Source: Candidatus Thorarchaeota archaeon (GTDB lineage: Archaea; Asgardarchaeota; Thorarchaeia; Thorarchaeales; Thorarchaeaceae). From it: a DNA stretch of 11,861 nucleotides. Positions 7,685-11,861 of this stretch are shown piece by piece. Within the stretch, counting starts at the first letter, position 1. Every line of letters begins with the position of its first letter. A program made the translations under genes and the position numbers. Location: contig JAFGAR010000059.1 in the NCBI GenBank assembly GCA_016933575.1, positions 1 through 11,861 on the forward strand, read 5' to 3'. The notes beneath the pieces were generated by a model that was not told the origin of the DNA, did not search any database, and was given only the letters and a program-made list of their open reading frames with translations.

Positions 7685-9634
7685 TTGTCCGATAGTAAAC
7701 TAGCAATACCCATTGGAGTTTCAAATTTAGGACTGAAAGGTGTGCTAAAATCTTGGTTCAGGTCCCGAGCACACATCAATCCTCTTACAATAGACGATGT
7801 GGCAAAGAAAACAGCATCAAAAAAGCAGACAATTCAACGACAGATGCCGTTTCTGCTTCAAATAGGGATTCTCGAAAAAACCAATGACACATATCAACTC
7901 ACTGAAGATGGTCGATATGCCGCACAGTATTCTGAATACTCTCAAGATGTAGATTTTGCAGCAACTTTGAACCGTCTTGTTTCAAGGTGGAGTGAAATTC
8001 AGTCGATCTTGGACTATTTGGAGGATGCAAAAGAAGTTCACGTTTCAACCCTGAAAAAGAGGATAATGATGTACTCGGAAAGGGCTCCTACAGATAGGAA
8101 TGTGGAGATGGGTGCTGATGCGCTGATTGATTTATTGACAGAGATAGGAGTCTTGACTAAAATCGAGCATAAAATCAGAATCCTTAGGCGCACGCATCCT
8201 GGAGTGGAACCCGTTACTCCAACTCGCATAGATACTAATGAGATGTGGATAGATTCCATACGAATCAAGAATATCAAGTCCATCATTGATACCACATTCA
8301 CTACAAGAAAGATGAATATCTTCATCGGAGCGAATGGATCCGGAAAATCATCTATATTGCATGCACTTCTATCCCTTCGAAACATCAAATGGGAACGATC
8401 CCATGCGGAAGGAGTATATTCCGAGTTGTTTCTTTTGCAGCGTAAGGGATCTCAAGATTCTATGTATATTGAACTAGAAGGACATGTTCCATCCGAAAAC
8501 GCCAATGATAGATTTGAGTTCAGGGTTACTATCACCCCTGCAATGTCATTTTTCTGGCAACTATGTCTTGAGAGAAACTCGATCGGACTATGCGACACTT
8601 CAATGCTTACCAAAGCCCAAGATTTACGACCTCCATTATCACTCTATAAAGGTCTTGAGCCGATTAAGGAGTTTGTTGAAAAGACATCTCAGGGCATGTC
8701 CCAATTGAATGAAATGTTTCATGGCAATATGGACTTCGATGAATCAGAAAAGTCAAGTTCTGAACCTTTTACGAGTATGATTTCATTTCTAGAAGATAAT
8801 CATGGCAACATTGTACAGAATTTTCAAGAACGAAGATTTCTGACCTCTTGGAATCAAGTACTGCCCGAATTTCTAAGAAACGACGAGTATGAAAATATTC
8901 GATTGAGTTACCTGAAAGTAAGACCTATACTTAGCACCTATATCGACTCATTTGAGTTCGTTCCTGTCCTTAGAGGTTTCCTCAGCACAGAATACGAACA
9001 ACGAAAAGCTCCCTCCGACCGGATTCCAGATGATCTCAACTATGTCTTGTATATTCTGAATAAAATGGTCTACAAAGATGATATTGACCCTCTAAAGATG
9101 GAAAAACTCAAGAGATGGGCTGAGAGATTTGGGATACGTGATTTTGAAGCTGTGATTACACGGGGCCCAAGAATAGAACCCCGCGGATCAATATTTGATG
9201 GAAAGGCAACTCTTCCAGTTTCGTTGTATGGTTTTGGATTAAATCAATCTCTTGCACTGATGGCAAAATGCATTTACTCAGAGGATAATTCGCCAATTTT
9301 AATTGAAGAACCCGAGATACATCTTCATCCAGAATACCAAGCACAAATTGCAGATTTTCTTATTGAATCTATGAAGGAAGGTCATCAGCTTTTCATAGCC
9401 ACTCATTCAGAGCATCTTATCGGACGAATCCAGAGGAGAATTGCGGAAGGAATACTGAAGCAAAAGGATGTACAAATTCTCTGGGTAGTACATGATTCAG
9501 AAAAGGGAACGCAAGTCGAAGAAGTGGAAATGGACGATTCTGGAATCATTCATGAAGGACTTCAATCATATCTGAGCTTTCTGGAGGAGGAAATGCGAGC
9601 AACAGAACGAACTCGTAGAGAGCACAAGGAGTGA
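7685..9634 (+). CDS. N-terminal tandem wHTH-like module fused to an ABC-superfamily ATPase (AAA_15/AAA_21-like) with a DUF3696-like tail
   Basis: 649 aa, TTG start after GGTGGT. IDSIRIKNIKSI, Walker A GANGSGKS (8327-8350), signature variant LYGFGLNQ (~9224-9247), Walker B/D-loop ILIEEPEIHLHP (9296-9331), H-loop ATHS (9398-9409). The first ~165 aa contain DVAKK..FLLQIGILEK..YQLTEDG and DLLTEIGVL. Confidence 0.9.
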   Translation: MSDSKLAIPIGVSNLGLKGVLKSWFRSRAHINPLTIDDVAKKTASKKQTIQRQMPFLLQIGILEKTNDTYQLTEDGRYAAQYSEYSQDVDFAATLNRLVSRWSEIQSILDYLEDAKEVHVSTLKKRIMMYSERAPTDRNVEMGADALIDLLTEIGVLTKIEHKIRILRRTHPGVEPVTPTRIDTNEMWIDSIRIKNIKSIIDTTFTTRKMNIFIGANGSGKSSILHALLSLRNIKWERSHAEGVYSELFLLQRKGSQDSMYIELEGHVPSENANDRFEFRVTITPAMSFFWQLCLERNSIGLCDTSMLTKAQDLRPPLSLYKGLEPIKEFVEKTSQGMSQLNEMFHGNMDFDESEKSSSEPFTSMISFLEDNHGNIVQNFQERRFLTSWNQVLPEFLRNDEYENIRLSYLKVRPILSTYIDSFEFVPVLRGFLSTEYEQRKAPSDRIPDDLNYVLYILNKMVYKDDIDPLKMEKLKRWAERFGIRDFEAVITRGPRIEPRGSIFDGKATLPVSLYGFGLNQSLALMAKCIYSEDNSPILIEEPEIHLHPEYQAQIADFLIESMKEGHQLFIATHSEHLIGRIQRRIAEGILKQKDVQILWVVHDSEKGTQVEEVEMDDSGIIHEGLQSYLSFLEEEMRATERTRREHKE

Positions 9635-10143
9635 TAGGAATGGCTTGTCAAGGGTTGAGAGTCATTCTAGACACATCTGTGTTCGTCTTTTGGTATAATA
9701 GATATGATAATTATCTTGAAATAATGAAGTGTATTCGAGAAGAAGGATTCAAACTGGTGCTTTGCGAAGGATTGAGAAGGGAATATCTAGCAAATCTCTT
9801 TGGTAGATCCACATCTAACTACTATTTGCTTCAAAGAGAGCTCGAAAAACTAAGGATGGAGCAAATCCTTGAATATGCTAATCCTAAGAATAATAACAGT
9901 GTTGTCATCCACGAGGACGACCAGCATGTACTAGATTGTGCACTTACAGAAGATTGTCATGTACATATGATTGTAACAGATAATACGTCTCATTTTCAAT
10001 CCAAATCCGTAAAGTATAACCTACCACTGATTATATCTTCCAAAGAGTTTCAAGAGAAGAACACTTGTCATACCTTTTGCAGCGAAGCAAAAAGAATCTG
10101 TCAAAAAATCATAGAAATTGGTGAGAAGGTAAGATACAGTTGA
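9631..10143 (+). CDS. PIN-domain ribonuclease (VapC/PIN_3-like)
   Basis: 170 aa with GTGA overlap on the ATPase stop (alternative start ATG9640). PIN acidic motifs VILDTSVF, LRREY, HEDDQHVLDCAL and MIVTDN. Confidence 0.85.
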   Translation: MIGMACQGLRVILDTSVFVFWYNRYDNYLEIMKCIREEGFKLVLCEGLRREYLANLFGRSTSNYYLLQRELEKLRMEQILEYANPKNNNSVVIHEDDQHVLDCALTEDCHVHMIVTDNTSHFQSKSVKYNLPLIISSKEFQEKNTCHTFCSEAKRICQKIIEIGEKVRYS

Positions 10144-10150
10144 CAGTATA

Positions 10151-10157
10151 TTTTTTT
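10151..10157 (+). terminator. Oligo-T (T7) archaeal-type terminator candidate
   Basis: A T7 run starts 8 nt after the PIN stop codon. Confidence 0.45.
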
Positions 10158-10237
10158 GAGAATTGTCATTGAGATAGTATATCCAATGATTTCCTATACT
10201 TGTTAGACTAAGACCATGTTCCAACTTAGAATACCAC

Positions 10238-10253
10238 AAAGAAATATATATTT
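10238..10253 (+). promoter_or_regulatory. Putative BRE/TATA promoter of the membrane protein gene
   Basis: aaag followed by the palindromic aaatatatattt (10242-10253), about 50 bp upstream of the GGAGGTG RBS at 10300-10306. Confidence 0.4.
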
Positions 10254-10291
10254 GCTAACTATTGAAGGCACACGCTAGCCAGCGTACCTGA

Positions 10292-11533
10292 ATGGGATGG
10301 GAGGTGCGCTTGGTGAAACTAAATAAATCAGTGGTAGGAAAAGCAGTCATTTCTATTGTTTTAGTAACTTCCATAGTAGTTATTTGGAATATCTTTCAGG
10401 AACCCTTATCGGATCCGAATCAAGGATTGTACAATGGTTCAGGGGCAAAAGATGCATACTTACCGGAAGGGCGTGTTTACTACCTTTCTGGGGCAGTAAA
10501 TATCACTCAAGATCAAAGCCATCATGTCTATTTATGGTATAATCAATCCGCACTTGGAGATTTGAGATGGGCATATATCGTCTATTACAATGGAACTCAT
10601 AATCCAAACTATGATGGAAACCTAACAACCCCATGGGGGAGTCCGAATCTTGATTGGTGGACTGAAAAGTCATACCTCTTCGCTGATGTGTTTAACAGTA
10701 GTGAGTTTTATCCGCAGCAATACAATATACCAGCTCAAGAACCCGGAACTACAGTGACTTACCAGCTAAGATTCCACATTTGGTCTGAGGGTCAGATGAT
10801 TTACCGCACAGTGAATCAAACTTACACAGTGATATATTCAGACTTGTATATAGAAGCTCAGGAATTATTGCATTCGATTGTTGAATTCTATTTCGTGACA
10901 TTCCCAATAATCATTCTAAGCGTCATGGCTCTCTTTGAAATATCATCTAGGATTGATACTAGTCCTTCTCTTCCAATCATAGATATCAGAGATGCTCCAC
11001 TTGCGAAGCTGGAGAAACCAATACTCGTGGCACGATGTGACAAAATGGAGGATATAAAGAATAATCTCCTGATTCAATCTGCAGCACTCGTCGGGCTTGG
11101 TAGCTTTTGGAGTCTTGTTGGATTTGATATAATCAATGGCATGTTCACATCTTTTGGCAGTATAATTCTAGTTATCCTATCATTTCTTTCAGTAATGGCT
11201 TCAATTCCAGAAATCAATGCTACTGCTTATGATACCGAACTAAGTATGAGTCTACTACCAAGAGGTCAAAATGAACAACAATATGAAAAACAACTTGAGT
11301 ATTTGATCGAACGAAAAGAAAAGGTAAACAAAAATATGAAATCTCTGATGCATTTGGGAGTTGGAGTGTTTGTCGCATCGATTATTGCAGATATCATATC
11401 TCCCATATTCCCATATCACGATAATTTAGCAGGAATATTCTGGTGGCCATATTTCTTCATTTGCGTGATTTATGCAATGCTATGGCTAATGATAATGATC
11501 CTCGACATTATCTTCAGTCTACTCCGAAAATAA
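10292..11533 (+). CDS. Multi-pass membrane protein with a predicted N-glycosylated extracellular domain; function unknown
   Basis: 413 aa (likely start TTG10310 or GTG10313). Basic N-terminus plus hydrophobic anchor AVISIVLVTSIVVIW, then a ~155-aa Tyr/Asn/Gly-rich domain with seven N-x-S/T sequons (NGS, NIT, NQS, NGT, NLT, NSS, NQT), then about five further hydrophobic segments. Confidence 0.85.
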   Translation: MGWEVRLVKLNKSVVGKAVISIVLVTSIVVIWNIFQEPLSDPNQGLYNGSGAKDAYLPEGRVYYLSGAVNITQDQSHHVYLWYNQSALGDLRWAYIVYYNGTHNPNYDGNLTTPWGSPNLDWWTEKSYLFADVFNSSEFYPQQYNIPAQEPGTTVTYQLRFHIWSEGQMIYRTVNQTYTVIYSDLYIEAQELLHSIVEFYFVTFPIIILSVMALFEISSRIDTSPSLPIIDIRDAPLAKLEKPILVARCDKMEDIKNNLLIQSAALVGLGSFWSLVGFDIINGMFTSFGSIILVILSFLSVMASIPEINATAYDTELSMSLLPRGQNEQQYEKQLEYLIERKEKVNKNMKSLMHLGVGVFVASIIADIISPIFPYHDNLAGIFWWPYFFICVIYAMLWLMIMILDIIFSLLRK

Positions 11534-11537
11534 AGAC

Positions 11538-11562
11538 ACATCATCAAATAGGACGATGATGT
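11538..11562. terminator. Short inverted repeat after the membrane protein gene
   Basis: acatcatc-N9-gatgatgt (8-bp stem) starting 5 nt after the stop; no adjacent U-tract. Confidence 0.3.
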
Positions 11563-11682
11563 TCATATCCTTTGGGGGCATTTGACTTTCATCACCCTTA
11601 GTAGTACAATCTCGCAGTGACTCAGTCCTACATATAATCTTTCACGTAGAGTGATGTCTTCGGCTGCATACACCAATCTGTT

Positions 11683-11861
11683 TCAAGTCTTAGTGGAAGG
11701 TGAGTGAACCTTCTCCATAACCTTCAACTCCCGTGTTCCACCATTCTCACGACACTCGTCACCGATGAAACTCGAGAATAGACTTCAGCGTTTGCAAATT
11801 GTGAGTGGCTCCCAGTTTTATCATGTGGGATGCAAAGAACGTATTCGCCTTGAACGGCAAA
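11683..11861 (-). other. Possible 3' end of a convergent, possibly disrupted gene entering from beyond the window
   Basis: The frame ending ..EKVHSPSTKT*(11683) is blocked upstream by a stop at 11785-11787. The two other minus frames are open from the window edge but end earlier, so the true frame is unresolved. Confidence 0.3.
11685..11733. repeat. Right copy of the imperfect 49-bp direct repeat (partner 3058-3106)
   Basis: 39/49 identity to 3058-3106. The minus-strand translation RELKVMEKVHSPSTKT* compares with REFEVAEKVHSPSSNT* in the left copy. Confidence 0.85.

Larger units (their letters stand above)
3107..11684. mobile_element. Putative genomic (defence) island; no integrase or transposase visible
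   Basis: Spot GC counts of 60-nt lines: 34/60 (361) and 31/60 (2401) outside left, 18/60 (3421) and 20/60 (4681) inside, 30/60 (11701) outside right. Flanked by the 49-bp imperfect direct repeat. Carries HEPN, PIN and ABC-ATPase genes. Confidence 0.6.

Noticed and set aside
7685-9634. SMC/Rad50/Wadjet JetC, an ABC transporter subunit, or a named system (PARIS, Septu, Gabija/OLD)
   Set aside because: There is no long coiled coil and no LSGGQ or permease operon. No TOPRIM, HNH or helicase partner is visible; the partner is a PIN protein.
5036-10239. Short overlapping ORFs (5036, 5670, 5900, 6765, 8038, 8484, 9156, 10021)
   Set aside because: They overlap better-supported genes on the opposite strand or in another frame and have no recognisable features.
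1-11861. CRISPR array, tRNA/rRNA, IS element or integrase
   Set aside because: No regularly spaced repeats, RNA gene signatures, terminal inverted repeats or recombinase motifs were seen by eye.

Overview
This window looks archaeal: GGAGGTG/GGTGGT ribosome-binding motifs, TTG/GTG starts, TATA-like boxes, oligo-T terminators and an N-glycosylation-rich surface protein. An Asgard/Thorarchaeota-like host is only a guess. It opens with the 3' part of a >1010-aa hypothetical gene of about 50% GC in spot-counted lines, whose visible N-terminal part resembles a degenerate RecA/RadA-like domain. An AT-richer island follows (about 3107-11684), bracketed by an imperfect 49-bp direct repeat and starting with a decayed second copy of the big gene's C-terminus. 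The island holds a candidate undescribed conflict/defence system. Six genes (five intact, one pseudogene) in two divergent operons all begin with a related ~160-aa tandem winged-helix-like module. One copy is fused to a HEPN RNase, one is fused to an ABC-type (AAA_15/AAA_21-like) ATPase coupled to a PIN RNase gene, and the rest are stand-alone. The module occurs as two subtypes arranged in three pairs. A membrane/surface protein ends the island. All domain calls come from manual motif reading, not database searches.
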